Assembly: GCA_032128875.1 (NCBI GenBank)
Contig: JAVLKG010000016.1
Coordinates: forward strand, 16,329 to 80,328
Origin: Candidatus Melainabacteria bacterium 17Bon1m
GTDB lineage: Bacteria > Cyanobacteriota > Vampirovibrionia > Obscuribacterales > Obscuribacteraceae
DNA: 64,000 bases
Direction of reading: 5' to 3'
Position numbers and translations under genes: made by a program. The notes beneath the pieces were generated by a model. The model worked only from the letters and a program-made list of their open reading frames with translations. It did not search any database and had not been told where the DNA came from. The stretch's first letter is position 1. The number at the start of each line of letters is the position of its first letter. Of this stretch, positions 39,226 to 49,230 are shown one piece after another.

Positions 39226-40317
39226 CTATCTGACTTCGGCTTCTTCTTTGGTTGCTGTTTGCTTTGTCTGCCGATTTTCAAGAGCGACAAGTTCTGCTCT
39301 GATTTGTGGCAAGACTTGTTTTGTTGCAGTATAACCCGCTGCAATCGCCCTGCGGATTATGTCTTCATCCTTGGTCAGTGGCGGGACGAAGTCTACGTCC
39401 GGGAAAATGAGGACGTCGGATGCTTCCGCTTTGGGATGGTCCGCCGCCGCCATCATAATATCTGCGACGCGCAGCACGACTGAGCGCATTGATTTGAAGG
39501 TTTTGTTGTCGACTGGTTTGATCGCCTTGTCGCACAGGACAGATACAGTCAAATCGGCGCCGAGTTTTTGGGCGATGTTGTTAGGTAAGTTTGCTCGTAA
39601 ACCACCGTCTACATAAAGCTTCCCATCGATTTCGACTGGGCGAAAAACTGTCGGCACAGTGTTGCTGGCAAGAACGGAAAGTGGCAAATCGCCTTCGGAC
39701 AGGACGCAGGTTTGCCCATCAGTAATATTCGTAACGACAGCAGCGAATGGCTTCTTCAGCGACTTGAAGTCTTCAGGCAATTCTTTGCGCAGAAGTTTTA
39801 AATATCCTTTTCCAGTAGACATGCCTGCGAACGGTTTGCCGAGAACAAGGTGTTTTACAGGCGCGAGAGGTTTTAAGATCTGGCGCACAATCACACCTTT
39901 CAGCATTGCGTCTTGAACTGTTTCATCAACAAACAGTTTTTCAATCTCGGCAGGTTTCATTCCTGCGCAATATAACGCGCCGATTGTTGAGCCGAGGCTC
40001 GTGCCTACAATGCCGTCTATCTCAATGCCGTTGTCTTCCAAGCATTTGAGAACGCCTATCTCTGCGACCGATTTAAATGCGCCGCCCCCTAGCGCCAACA
40101 CTAGTCGAGGACGGTGCTGTGGGCTCTTTTCTTCGAAAGTTTCTTTTGCTGCAGGACTGACTTCAGTAGGTGGAACCAGCACATCAGGGTCGCGGTTCGC
40201 AGCTACGTGCATGGGGCTGAAGTCTGCCGTCTTCATTTTCGCTGCGTCTGAGGCCGGTGCGGGTCCGGTCGATACAGTGACCGCTAATAATAGTAAAAGA
40301 CCTATTAACTTGTTCAT
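39226..40317 (-). CDS. Exported patatin-like phospholipase
   Basis: LALGGGA, GTSLG, VDGG; signal peptide. Confidence 0.92.
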   Translation of the reverse strand: MNKLIGLLLLLAVTVSTGPAPASDAAKMKTADFSPMHVAANRDPDVLVPPTEVSPAAKETFEEKSPQHRPRLVLALGGGAFKSVAEIGVLKCLEDNGIEIDGIVGTSLGSTIGALYCAGMKPAEIEKLFVDETVQDAMLKGVIVRQILKPLAPVKHLVLGKPFAGMSTGKGYLKLLRKELPEDFKSLKKPFAAVVTNITDGQTCVLSEGDLPLSVLASNTVPTVFRPVEIDGKLYVDGGLRANLPNNIAQKLGADLTVSVLCDKAIKPVDNKTFKSMRSVVLRVADIMMAAADHPKAEASDVLIFPDVDFVPPLTKDEDIIRRAIAAGYTATKQVLPQIRAELVALENRQTKQTATKEEAEVR

Positions 40318-40468
40318 CGAATTTGCCCCTGCATGTCTGAAACTCGCGATCGCCGACCCGAGGCGACAACGGAGAGACGGGACATTGTTCGATTAGTTCC
40401 GGTCTTTGTTGTTTGTTATTTGATATTCTAGAAAATAGAACGCTTGTTTCTCTTTGCGTTTGTTGTGG

Positions 40469-40494
40469 TATTCTATATTCTAGAATTTAGAATA
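40469..40494. promoter_or_regulatory. 26-bp near-perfect palindrome, probable autoregulatory operator
   Basis: TATTCTATATTCT|AGAATTTAGAATA (1 mismatch), 9 bp before ATG 40504; related ATATTCTAGAAAATAGAA at 40423-40440. Confidence 0.7.
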
Positions 40495-40503
40495 GTGTTC
40501 CGT

Positions 40504-41019
40504 ATGCTACTTGCTCAAGACCTCTATATATTGCTCAAATTGGCAGTGCTTCGAAGTGAGCACTGGACATTTAGCCAGCTATCCAAAGGTTTGGGCATCA
40601 GCACTTCTCAATTACACCTCGGTTTGTCGCGCGCGGAGGTTTCTCGCCTTTATCTCTCAGCAGAAAGGCGTGTAGTGAGACAAGCTCTGGGCGAGTTCAT
40701 TTTGCATGGCGTGAAATACTCATTTCCTGCCGTTCCCGGAAAGATTGTGCGAGGAATGCCGACTTCGTTCGCTGCTTTTCCTCTCCGCGAACAGCTCCAG
40801 GTCGAGCCAGGCACACATCTTCCTGTCTGGCCTGATTACGAAGGAGAGACTCTTGGCTATGCTATTGAACCACTGCACTCTGGCGCACCAATTGCGGCAA
40901 AACGAGATCAAGAATTCTACGAGCTTTTGGCTTTGGTCGATGTGATGAGAGAAGGTCGCGCTCGAGAGAAAAACATGGCAAGAAATCTGATCGCGGACAG
41001 GTTCGACTTTTGGGAATGA
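40504..41019 (+). CDS. HTH protein, putative antitoxin/regulator
   Basis: WTFSQLSKGLGISTSQLHLGLSR HTH; EFILHGVKYSFP, RGMPT, LLALVDVMREGRARE. Confidence 0.7.
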   Translation: MLLAQDLYILLKLAVLRSEHWTFSQLSKGLGISTSQLHLGLSRAEVSRLYLSAERRVVRQALGEFILHGVKYSFPAVPGKIVRGMPTSFAAFPLREQLQVEPGTHLPVWPDYEGETLGYAIEPLHSGAPIAAKRDQEFYELLALVDVMREGRAREKNMARNLIADRFDFWE

Positions 41020-41026
41020 CTCAAAA

Positions 41027-42013
41027 ATGGACAGGCTGAAAAGTCATATTTCTTTTCTCTCAAACGTTGCCGATGAACTTGGTGACTTGAAAGACGAGGT
41101 TGTTTTTGTAGGCGGTTCAATTTGTGGCTTGCTCATAACAGACTTAGCCGGTGGCGATGTGAGACCGACTGACGACGTTGATTTCATCGTGAAAGTAACA
41201 ACATACTCACAGTACACAAGCATTCAAGAAAAGCTGCGCAAAAAAGGCTTCAAAGATGTCGTGAAAGAAGATGGTCCTATTTGCCGGATGAAAATCGGTT
41301 CGATCCTAGTAGATGTGTTGCCGGTCAATGGAGACTTTCTAGGATTTAACAACAAATGGTATGAGCGCGCAATTGAAACAGCGGAAGAGCGCGCTGTTAA
41401 AGTGGGTGACGAGCCCAAAACCATTCGTGTAGTGAATGCTCCTCTCTTTATTTGTACTAAGTTGGACGCTTTTAAAGATCGAGGAAATGGAGATTTCATG
41501 GCGAGTCATGATATCGAAGACATCGTTGCTGTTCTAAATGGCAGAAAAGAATTGTGGGATGAGTGTTGGCTGATGCCTGCGGATGTCCGGAGCTATCTCA
41601 AAAAATCATTTAGTGAGCTTCTACATAAGAATGCATTTTTAGATGCTGTGCCTGGCATGTTGCCCTACGGCTCGCAAGGGCGAGAACGCATTATTCGAAG
41701 ACGCATGTCGTTAATTGCAAATTCTTTGCTTGAGGAGAATTTCTCAGGTCAAATAGAATTTGCATTTGACGCTGGTCTTGGAAATGCTGTTGAAGTCGCG
41801 GTGATCTCGTCAGATGCATTCGACGACGAAGTCAACTTTCCTACTCGAGTGTTAAATGACAAGCATGAGGTGATACAACTTCTATCTGAATTGAATATTG
41901 ATGACTACAACCAGCCATGGTCTCGTCAAATGCGCCGACTTTATTCTCTAGAAAATACTGACACGCAAACTCTTGCGCGGTGGAAACTTTTGCCACCTTA
42001 TCTTGCTTACTAG
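41027..42013 (+). CDS. Pol-beta-like nucleotidyltransferase (AbiEii-like), putative toxin
   Basis: VFVGG..., RPTDDVDF, KLDAFKDRG, SHDIEDI. Confidence 0.7.
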   Translation: MDRLKSHISFLSNVADELGDLKDEVVFVGGSICGLLITDLAGGDVRPTDDVDFIVKVTTYSQYTSIQEKLRKKGFKDVVKEDGPICRMKIGSILVDVLPVNGDFLGFNNKWYERAIETAEERAVKVGDEPKTIRVVNAPLFICTKLDAFKDRGNGDFMASHDIEDIVAVLNGRKELWDECWLMPADVRSYLKKSFSELLHKNAFLDAVPGMLPYGSQGRERIIRRRMSLIANSLLEENFSGQIEFAFDAGLGNAVEVAVISSDAFDDEVNFPTRVLNDKHEVIQLLSELNIDDYNQPWSRQMRRLYSLENTDTQTLARWKLLPPYLAY

Positions 42014-42067
42014 GAATACGCTTCGAACAAAACTGATTTGCCAAGACAGCAACACTGCGCTCTCTAC

Positions 42068-43351
42068 CTACTCGTCGTCGCCTCCTCTTGGGCTAGAAGG
42101 AGGGGCCTCAGCCGTCGGATTTTTAGGATCTGACGGGTAATTGCCGATTGTCACGGTGACGGCTTTCACTGCCTTGTTGCGCAAGATCATAAAGCTCAGG
42201 GTCTCGCCGACTCTTCTGGCTCTGACTGCATCTTGCAGTTGCTGCGCGGTCGCAATGTCCTTGCCGTCGATTTTTTGTACGACGTCCATCCGTTCTAGAC
42301 CGGACTTAGCCGCTGAACCGTTGGCGTATACCTGCGAGATAAATACTCCAGGTGTACCGTTCGGCAGTCCAAGCCCTTTGAGGGTTGCTTCGTCTAGCGC
42401 GCCAACCATCAGTCCTAAGAATGGACGTTCGATTTTCTTCTCAGCGATGAGATCGGTTACAGTCGGTTTGGCAATATCGATTGGAATTGAAAAGCCGATG
42501 TTCTGTGCTCTTGCGGCGATCGCAGTGTTTACTCCAACAACTTGCCCGGTCATATTGAGTAGCGGTCCGCCGGAGTTGCCCGGGTTGATCGCTGCGTCTG
42601 TTTGAATGAAATTGATATTGCCGTTGACGTCGGTTACTGTTCGTCCAACAGCAGACACGATTCCCAGTGTCACTGAGTGGTCATAACCCATTGGCGAGCC
42701 GATCGCAATGACGAATTCGCCGGGACGCAAGCCGGTGGAGGTGCCCATCTCAGCCGTTGGCAAACCCTTAGCATTAACTTTCACAACTGCGAGATCGGAG
42801 AAAGTATCGACACCAATGGCGGTGGCTTCCATCTGACGTTTGTCATTGAGAGTGACCATAATTTTGCTTGCGCCTTTGACGACGTGAGCGTTGGTCACAA
42901 TGTATCCGTCTTCGCGAACTATGAAGCCGGTGCCCGTATTGTGGCGCTCAGGACGAGGTCCTGCACCGCCGCCGTTGCCACCACGCGGCATGCGCTGTCC
43001 ATTGAAGAAGAAATCAAAGCCCTCAGGCAAATTACCAAATGGATAACTCAATCCTTGCACTGGCTGGTTGACTTCGATGTTGACGATTGCCGGTGCAACA
43101 CGCTCAGCGATATCGGCGATTGTGGTTGATGTCAGCGGTATGCCTTGCTGATCATTAACCGACTGTGCCAGGGTTTGAGCAAGAAAGCTGCTTGCCTTAG
43201 ACCTCTTTTCTTGCATAGGTTTGTCATCGCTTGCACCATTAATGGTGGCAGCATGTGCCTGCTGCCAGGTGCGAGTGGTTTCCTCGACAACTGCCAACCC
43301 GACCAAAACCGACGCCGCAATCAAGAGAGTGAAGCTCAGTGATTTTTTCAT
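42068..43351 (-). CDS. HtrA/DegP-family serine protease with PDZ domain
   Basis: TNAHVV, DLAVVK, QTDAAINPGNSGGPL, C-terminal PDZ. Confidence 0.96.
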   Translation of the reverse strand: MKKSLSFTLLIAASVLVGLAVVEETTRTWQQAHAATINGASDDKPMQEKRSKASSFLAQTLAQSVNDQQGIPLTSTTIADIAERVAPAIVNIEVNQPVQGLSYPFGNLPEGFDFFFNGQRMPRGGNGGGAGPRPERHNTGTGFIVREDGYIVTNAHVVKGASKIMVTLNDKRQMEATAIGVDTFSDLAVVKVNAKGLPTAEMGTSTGLRPGEFVIAIGSPMGYDHSVTLGIVSAVGRTVTDVNGNINFIQTDAAINPGNSGGPLLNMTGQVVGVNTAIAARAQNIGFSIPIDIAKPTVTDLIAEKKIERPFLGLMVGALDEATLKGLGLPNGTPGVFISQVYANGSAAKSGLERMDVVQKIDGKDIATAQQLQDAVRARRVGETLSFMILRNKAVKAVTVTIGNYPSDPKNPTAEAPPSSPRGGDDE

Positions 43352-43362
43352 ATGTCCTCGAA

Positions 43363-44571
43363 TTATCTGCCCATGCCTAATTGTTGAGCGGTCTGGAACA
43401 CTTTTCCTTCAGTCAGGATGGACGGTGCGATGATCACCTCAACCTGCTGCATCTCTGCCAAATTAGTGGCGCCCAGTGTCCCCATACTGGTCTTCAGTGC
43501 TCCGACAAGATTCTGTGAGCCGTCGTCGGTGCGTGCCGGCCCGGTCAAAATCTCCGCAAGACTTGCTGACGTGCCCACCTTGATTCTTGTTCCGCGCGGC
43601 AAGACCGGGCTGGGCGTTGCCATTCCCCAGTGGAAGCCGCGTCCTGGCGCTTCTTTGGCTCTGGAGAAAGGTGAGCCAATCATAGTGATGTCCGCGCCGC
43701 AGGCGATAGCTTTGCAGATATCTCCGCCCACGCCCATGCCGCCGTCGGCAATGATTATCGGCGCTACGCCGTGCTTTTCAGCGTAGGTTTGTTTGGCGGC
43801 AGAGCAGTCCGCAATCGCTGTAGCCATGGGCACACCGATGCCGAGCACTCCACGCGATGTGCATGCTGCGCCTGGTCCGACACCCACCAGCACGCCTGCT
43901 ACGCCGGTCTCCATCAGTTCCAAGCATGTCTGATAAGTGACGCAATTGCCCACTATGACGGGGCATCCAATCTTTTTGGTGAACTTGTTGAGGTTCAGGC
44001 TTGGCTGACCCATTGCCGATTTGTGTTCTATACCTGTGACTGTCGATTGAACGAAAAGCACGCCTAGTCCAGCTTCCACTGCGATCGGACCATATTTTTC
44101 AGCCCAGTTGGGAGTGACGGAAGCGGCAACCAGTACACCACTTTGCTTGATTTCGGCGATTCGTTTTGCGATCAAACTTTCTTGCACTGGCGCTGTGTAC
44201 AGCTTTTGCATCAGTTGCACGAAGCTGTCTTTATCGCTCTTCGCAATCTCATCGTACGCTTCTTCAGTATCTTCGTATCGTGTCTGCAACCCCTGAAGAT
44301 TCAAAACGCCCAGCGAGCCAAGCTTGCCGAGCGCTATCGCCATTTTTACGTCAACGCAGCTGTCCATGGCGCTTGCGATGATTGGGATTTCCAGCTTGTG
44401 ATAACCAAGTTTGACGGATATATCGCAAACTTCAGGGTCAGCCGTAAGAGAACCAGGCACCAGAGCGATTTCATCGAACCCGTAAGCGCGTCTAGTGCGC
44501 TTCCCTAACCCGATCATCATTCCGCCTTGCGCGAGCCTATCCTGGTATTCAAGCGACTTGCTGGTCGTCAT
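43363..44571 (-). CDS. GuaB3-family IMP dehydrogenase-related protein
   Basis: RAYGFDEIALVP, GVGPGAACTSRGVLG, WGMATPSPVLPRGTRI; true start may be ~44520. Confidence 0.93.
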   Translation of the reverse strand: MTTSKSLEYQDRLAQGGMMIGLGKRTRRAYGFDEIALVPGSLTADPEVCDISVKLGYHKLEIPIIASAMDSCVDVKMAIALGKLGSLGVLNLQGLQTRYEDTEEAYDEIAKSDKDSFVQLMQKLYTAPVQESLIAKRIAEIKQSGVLVAASVTPNWAEKYGPIAVEAGLGVLFVQSTVTGIEHKSAMGQPSLNLNKFTKKIGCPVIVGNCVTYQTCLELMETGVAGVLVGVGPGAACTSRGVLGIGVPMATAIADCSAAKQTYAEKHGVAPIIIADGGMGVGGDICKAIACGADITMIGSPFSRAKEAPGRGFHWGMATPSPVLPRGTRIKVGTSASLAEILTGPARTDDGSQNLVGALKTSMGTLGATNLAEMQQVEVIIAPSILTEGKVFQTAQQLGMGR

Positions 44572-44708
44572 TTTGTAACCGCCTTTGGGACTTGGTTAGT
44601 GGTTTCCGAATATATGAAGTAGGTGTATTCTCTTCACTTGCATTTGATTGACCTTAGCTTACCAGTCAAGTAGTCCTTTCTTCCCACTTTGAGAGCGAAC
44701 CTTCACAG

Positions 44709-45902
44709 ATGAAACCACTTACAGTCATTGGGCTCAATTCCGGTACGTCCATGGACGGCATTGATGCAGCGGTTTTTCGGATAGAACCAGTAGGTAGCGG
44801 TCATGTAAACGGTTCTGCAGATTCCACACCGGCTCTTAAATTCACAATGTTGGGCAGCATTCTTTATCCGTTTCAAAATAGATTTCGCGACCGGCTCATG
44901 CGCCTTGTCGGCTCAGGCACCGCCACTCTCGAGGAGGTTTGTCTGCTCAATACTTCTCTTGGCGAGATTTTTGCCGAGGCTGTTTTGCGACTTTTGAAAG
45001 TGAGCGGCTTGTCGAAAAACGATGTCGATTTGATTGGCTCGCACGGTCAAACCATCTGGCATTGCCCGGATGCTAAGTCGCTTTGGGGAACAAACTCTGC
45101 CGGGACATTGCAACTTGGCGAACCTTCCGTCATCGCTTTACGCACTGGCATTCCTGTCGTTGCTGACTTCAGAACCGCCGATCTGGCAGTTGGAGGGCAA
45201 GGCGCGCCGCTTGTTTCCTTCGCTGATGCTGTGCTGTTTGGGCAAGATCATCGAGCTACCGGTGTGCTTAATATTGGTGGCATCGCCAATCTTACGGCGA
45301 TTAATGACCACGGAAAGGCTGTCGCAGCTTTCGATACAGGTCCTGGTAACATGCTTATCGACCGCGCTTGTCAATTATATTTCGATTGCGAATTTGACGA
45401 TGACGGAAAGATTGCCGCCGGTGGGCAGGTCATAGAACCGTGGTTGCAACAAATGAAAGCGCATCCGTATTTCAAACGGCAACCACCAAAAACCACTGGA
45501 CGTGAGCTTTTCGGATTTAACTATTTCGACCAACATGTTGTTCCGTATGTGGAGAAAGAAAAAATCGGAAAGGCTGATGTTGTGAAAACGCTCACCGCAT
45601 TCACCTCGTCTTCAATTGCCGATGGATACAACGATTTCATCAAACCGAAAACAAAAATCGAAAGACTGGTTTTGGGTGGTGGTGGAACATTCAACAGCGA
45701 GTTGGTTCGGCTGTTGAAAAGCTATTGGCCTAACGAAGTCTCTGTCGCTCGCCATGAGGATTTTGGCATCTCGACAAAGTACAAGGAAGCATTGCTTTTT
45801 GCATTGTTGGCGTACACAAATTACTTCGGAATTCACAACAACGTGCCAGTTTGCACCGGCGCATCGCGCCCCGTCTGCCTCGGAAAACTCGTTAGGGCGT
45901 GA
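44709..45902 (+). CDS. anmK: Anhydro-N-acetylmuramic acid kinase
   Basis: GLNSGTSMDGIDAA, GSHGQT, GGQGAPL, NIGGIAN, FDTGPGN, PKTTGRE. Confidence 0.96.
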   Translation: MKPLTVIGLNSGTSMDGIDAAVFRIEPVGSGHVNGSADSTPALKFTMLGSILYPFQNRFRDRLMRLVGSGTATLEEVCLLNTSLGEIFAEAVLRLLKVSGLSKNDVDLIGSHGQTIWHCPDAKSLWGTNSAGTLQLGEPSVIALRTGIPVVADFRTADLAVGGQGAPLVSFADAVLFGQDHRATGVLNIGGIANLTAINDHGKAVAAFDTGPGNMLIDRACQLYFDCEFDDDGKIAAGGQVIEPWLQQMKAHPYFKRQPPKTTGRELFGFNYFDQHVVPYVEKEKIGKADVVKTLTAFTSSSIADGYNDFIKPKTKIERLVLGGGGTFNSELVRLLKSYWPNEVSVARHEDFGISTKYKEALLFALLAYTNYFGIHNNVPVCTGASRPVCLGKLVRA

Positions 45903-46030
45903 TGTAGGGACTACGAAAGCTTCGTTGTGCGAGCTTTTCTTGGTTGAGAACCATTCAAATCTGGTATGGTTCATTCGTAAGACGAACGCACCGAGCGCTC
46001 AACATAATCAATCGCCGTTGGGGAAAAGCA

Positions 46031-47242
46031 ATGCCTACAACTGACACGGATCTCGTGCTTCATTTGCCGGATGACATCAACTACGAATGCACTGGCTGCG
46101 GCAAGTGCTGCGGTGGGTGGTCCGTGCCAATGACGCAAGACGATTACGAGCGCATTTCAGCTGTCGATTGGAGTGAGTACGATAGTCGCTATCAAATGCA
46201 GGATTTGTTTCGTGAACTCAAGCCCTACGAATCAAGCGGTACTCCGTATGGCTACGCGATCAAAGAAGGTGGCGACGGACATTGCCCTTTCCTCAAAGAC
46301 AATCTTTGTTTCATTCACTCCAAGCACGGTTCAACATTCAAGCCTTCGATTTGCCAGTTGTTTCCTTACTGCTTCAACGAGACACCGAGCGGCATTTATG
46401 CGACCGTTAGTTTCGTAAGCATGGGTGTCGTCAACAATTCCGGCAAGCCATTGACCGAACAACGTGACTATCTGGAGAGCAAACTCAAAGAATTCAAAAC
46501 GCTTTTCCCCGATCACCATCCTAACTGGTCCAATCTGAAACTGGCTGTGGATAAGCCTCTTACCTGGGATGAGTATCTCGAAATCGAAAAGGAAATGCTT
46601 GCGATTTGGTCTGAGCGTGACAAGTCGCTCGATCTTCGCTTCCTCGCAATCTCGGACATGCTGCTCGAAAAATTCAAAGGAGTGCCCGTGGCACCGCCTT
46701 CCAGCGTGGGCCCTATGAAGAATGTAGATAAGCAATTACTAGTTGCTCTATATAAGATCTACTTCCCGCACAAAAAGCTAGGAAGAGGTGAAGGTGATTT
46801 CAATGCAGGTAGGTTCACCTATCAGATGATGTTCGAGGGTATCTTCCCCGGGCTGCGCCTGCGTTCGCCAACGAGGTCGTACAGTTTCGAAGAGCTCGAG
46901 AAAATCGATTTCCCCGAAGACAAGGACGTAGAGGACCTCATCTACCGCTACTTTCGCTCGCGCATCTTCGGCAAACTCTATTTCGGCGCCGGTTTTGGCC
47001 AATTGAGTCTGATCACCGGCTTTCACCATCTGCTTCTTACATATGTACTTCTAAAAGAGAATTCAAAGATAGTAGCCCTGTCGCGCGGAGCCAGTGTGCC
47101 TAGCTACTTAGACGTAGTTGTTGCCGTGCGCACTTTGGAAAAACGCCTGGGAGAAACATCCTTAGGCGGCTATGCAGCGGCGATTTTGGAACTGCTGCTC
47201 TTTAGTCCTGGACGAATGCGGCGGATTCTCACACATACCTAG
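46031..47242 (+). CDS. YkgJ/FliB-like cysteine-cluster protein
   Basis: CTGCGKCC, CPFLKDNLCFIH, KPSICQLFP; long helical C-terminus as in flagellin lysine methylase-like proteins. Confidence 0.8.
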   Translation: MPTTDTDLVLHLPDDINYECTGCGKCCGGWSVPMTQDDYERISAVDWSEYDSRYQMQDLFRELKPYESSGTPYGYAIKEGGDGHCPFLKDNLCFIHSKHGSTFKPSICQLFPYCFNETPSGIYATVSFVSMGVVNNSGKPLTEQRDYLESKLKEFKTLFPDHHPNWSNLKLAVDKPLTWDEYLEIEKEMLAIWSERDKSLDLRFLAISDMLLEKFKGVPVAPPSSVGPMKNVDKQLLVALYKIYFPHKKLGRGEGDFNAGRFTYQMMFEGIFPGLRLRSPTRSYSFEELEKIDFPEDKDVEDLIYRYFRSRIFGKLYFGAGFGQLSLITGFHHLLLTYVLLKENSKIVALSRGASVPSYLDVVVAVRTLEKRLGETSLGGYAAAILELLLFSPGRMRRILTHT

Positions 47243-47249
47243 AGCGGAG

Positions 47250-47340
47250 CGTGGGGGCGCGTTGCACGCGCCCGTTTGTGTCTTTGGTCGCATGCAATGC
47301 GACCCCACGATTGCCCGTTTGTGTCTTTGGACCCCACGAA
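47250..47340. repeat. REP cluster
   Basis: GTGGGGGCGCGTTGCACGCGCCC, GGTCGCATGCAATGCGACCCCAC and duplicated GCCCGTTTGTGTCTTTGG. Confidence 0.75.
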
Positions 47341-47481
47341 CGTCTCCGGAGTCTTAAACCCACGACCCATACAGAGGTTCCCGGGTTGTCAAATTTTGTG
47401 AAAGGTCCGCTATCGTTTTACTAGTCAGCATTATGGGGCTCGGCTCTGGGTTGATGTGTATTCCACACAACAATTTCCCCG

Positions 47482-47573
47482 TTGACTTGCTTTGGTCTTT
47501 CTTGTAATCTACCCGCACTGATTCCAAGTGGTCGCGCTTTCTGCGACCAGTTTTTAAATTCACTTACTAAATT
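47482..47573 (+). promoter_or_regulatory. Pilin copy 1 promoter + 5'-UTR motif
   Basis: TTGACT-17-TAATCT (47482-47510); hairpin TGGTCGC-gctttct-GCGACCA; CTTACTAAATT at 47563. Confidence 0.75.
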
Positions 47574-47601
47574 TTGAATATAACTGGCAGGAGGTTCTCT
47601 A

Positions 47602-48114
47602 ATGATCCGTAAACTTACTATGTCTGCTCTCGTCGTCGTCGCCCTCGCAATGAACGTTCCAGCATTTGCGCAAGCCCAAGGCGATCAATTTCAATCCTCT
47701 GGAGATCAAGGTCAGATGGGCGATCAAGGGCTAGGTGGTAACACCGGTTCTCAAACCCGTCAAGAAATGGACAGCCAAGCACCGACATTGCAAGGTGCCA
47801 CCAACGGTACAATCGGACCACAAGGCTCTGATGCTACCTACATTACCGGCGTCAACACTGCAGGTACTGTACGTGTAAACAACTTGGCTAACTTGGAAGC
47901 CTTGCTCAACATCATCGCAAACGGTATGGAAATCCTCGGCATTGCATGGGGCGGACCTACAATGATCATGGGCTTCATGCACATGGCAGCCGGCACACAA
48001 GACGCAATGAAGAAAGTACTCTTCGGAGCCGCTGGTGTGACAGGCGGATTGGCAACACCCGGTTGCATCAACTGGCTCGTTGCTTCCGCAAGAGACGCCA
48101 ACTTGTTCAGCTAA
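47602..48114 (+). CDS. VirB2/TrbC-like pilin, copy 1
   Basis: Signal peptide ending AFA|Q, polar G/Q/T segment, two hydrophobic helices split by GTQDAMKK; GGAGG RBS. Confidence 0.7.
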   Translation: MIRKLTMSALVVVALAMNVPAFAQAQGDQFQSSGDQGQMGDQGLGGNTGSQTRQEMDSQAPTLQGATNGTIGPQGSDATYITGVNTAGTVRVNNLANLEALLNIIANGMEILGIAWGGPTMIMGFMHMAAGTQDAMKKVLFGAAGVTGGLATPGCINWLVASARDANLFS

Positions 48115-48150
48115 GACAAAGAATAACTGCCACGCAATCAGGCAATCAGT

Positions 48151-48178
48151 GGAAGGAGCCGCAAGGCTCCTTCCTTTT
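48151..48178 (+). terminator. Terminator of pilin copy 1
   Basis: GGAAGGAGCC-GCAA-GGCTCCTTCC-TTTT. Confidence 0.88.
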
Positions 48179-48226
48179 GCTATGTGAATGAGAACATGCC
48201 TTCGTTCCTTGAGGCATAATTGAGAA

Positions 48227-48670
48227 ATGAACTTTCAGAAGGCAGCTTTCTATTCATCCGTCGCTTTCACCGCAATGTCCAAAGGGTTGGGACTTGTGTT
48301 TTTTTCTGCAATTTCGTTTTTTGTGGCTCTGTGGGTAGTTTCGCTGATATTCTTTTCGAGCCCCGAGCGCCTTACCATTTTTGAGACTGTCTATTCACCT
48401 GATCGTAAGCTGAAAGCCGTTGTGTTTGGATATCAGTTTCGTCCTGATTTGAAGAATGTCTCCGTGCTGAGCGCTGCGGCAAGTCCTGAAATCAACAGAG
48501 ATGGAAATGTCTTCTCTGCGGCATGCAAACGCGCCAATGCTAAATGGAGAGACAATCAGAACCTTGTGATTCTTACCGACGGGGTGGTTGGTACAGCCAT
48601 CAAGTCGAAGAATTTCATTGCGTTCGATCGCGGAGTTGAAATTGATATTCGAGAACTAAAGGGAAAGTGA
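48227..48670 (+). CDS. Membrane-anchored beta-rich protein, paralog A
   Basis: N-terminal TM; SPDRKLKAVVF, NVSVL, GNVF, FIAFDR. Confidence 0.75.
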   Translation: MNFQKAAFYSSVAFTAMSKGLGLVFFSAISFFVALWVVSLIFFSSPERLTIFETVYSPDRKLKAVVFGYQFRPDLKNVSVLSAAASPEINRDGNVFSAACKRANAKWRDNQNLVILTDGVVGTAIKSKNFIAFDRGVEIDIRELKGK

Positions 48671-48671
48671 G

Positions 48672-49112
48672 ATGCATTCAACTTTGCCTGTAAGACCATC
48701 ACCAATCAAATTATTCATTGGATTCTTCATCGGACTTTCAGTTTTTTGGTCCTGGACATGGTTTTGGTCAGGTATTTTCAGCCTTAAGCCCGGGGAGATT
48801 CACCAAAGCATACAAAGGACTGTTATTTCCCCAGATCACAAGTTGAAGGCAGTAGTCTTTACCAACAAGCTCTCGCCAGAAGACGTCTCAATCAATGTGT
48901 CCATCCTCAAGGCGGACGCGAAAATGCGAGAGCAGAAATACGGAAATGTATTTTGCGATTGGGGTGCGCAATGGGCTGATGTGAGCTGGACTAGCAACAA
49001 CTCTATTTGCATTGCTCACACAAAAGGAACGAGCATAAGTTCTCGTAATCACTTCCGAGCATTCGATCGCGATATAGCTATTTCCGAGTTTGTGCCAAAA
49101 CCCTCTAAATAG
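48672..49112 (+). CDS. Membrane-anchored beta-rich protein, paralog B
   Basis: N-terminal TM; SPDHKLKAVVF, NVSIL, GNVF, FRAFDR. Confidence 0.75.
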   Translation: MHSTLPVRPSPIKLFIGFFIGLSVFWSWTWFWSGIFSLKPGEIHQSIQRTVISPDHKLKAVVFTNKLSPEDVSINVSILKADAKMREQKYGNVFCDWGAQWADVSWTSNNSICIAHTKGTSISSRNHFRAFDRDIAISEFVPKPSK

Positions 49113-49164
49113 TTTTCCGGAAAGCTGCCCCGCTTGTGTCACAGTTGAGATCTACTGTAATGAA

Positions 49165-49200
49165 GCTCACTTACGAGCAGCTGTAACCCTCTTACTAAAT
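49165..49200 (+). promoter_or_regulatory. Pilin copy 2 5'-UTR motif
   Basis: GCTC-acttac-GAGC then CTTACTAAAT at 49191; no clear -35/-10. Confidence 0.65.
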
Positions 49201-49230
49201 AGTTCTACAAATACTGAGTGAGGTAGAAAT

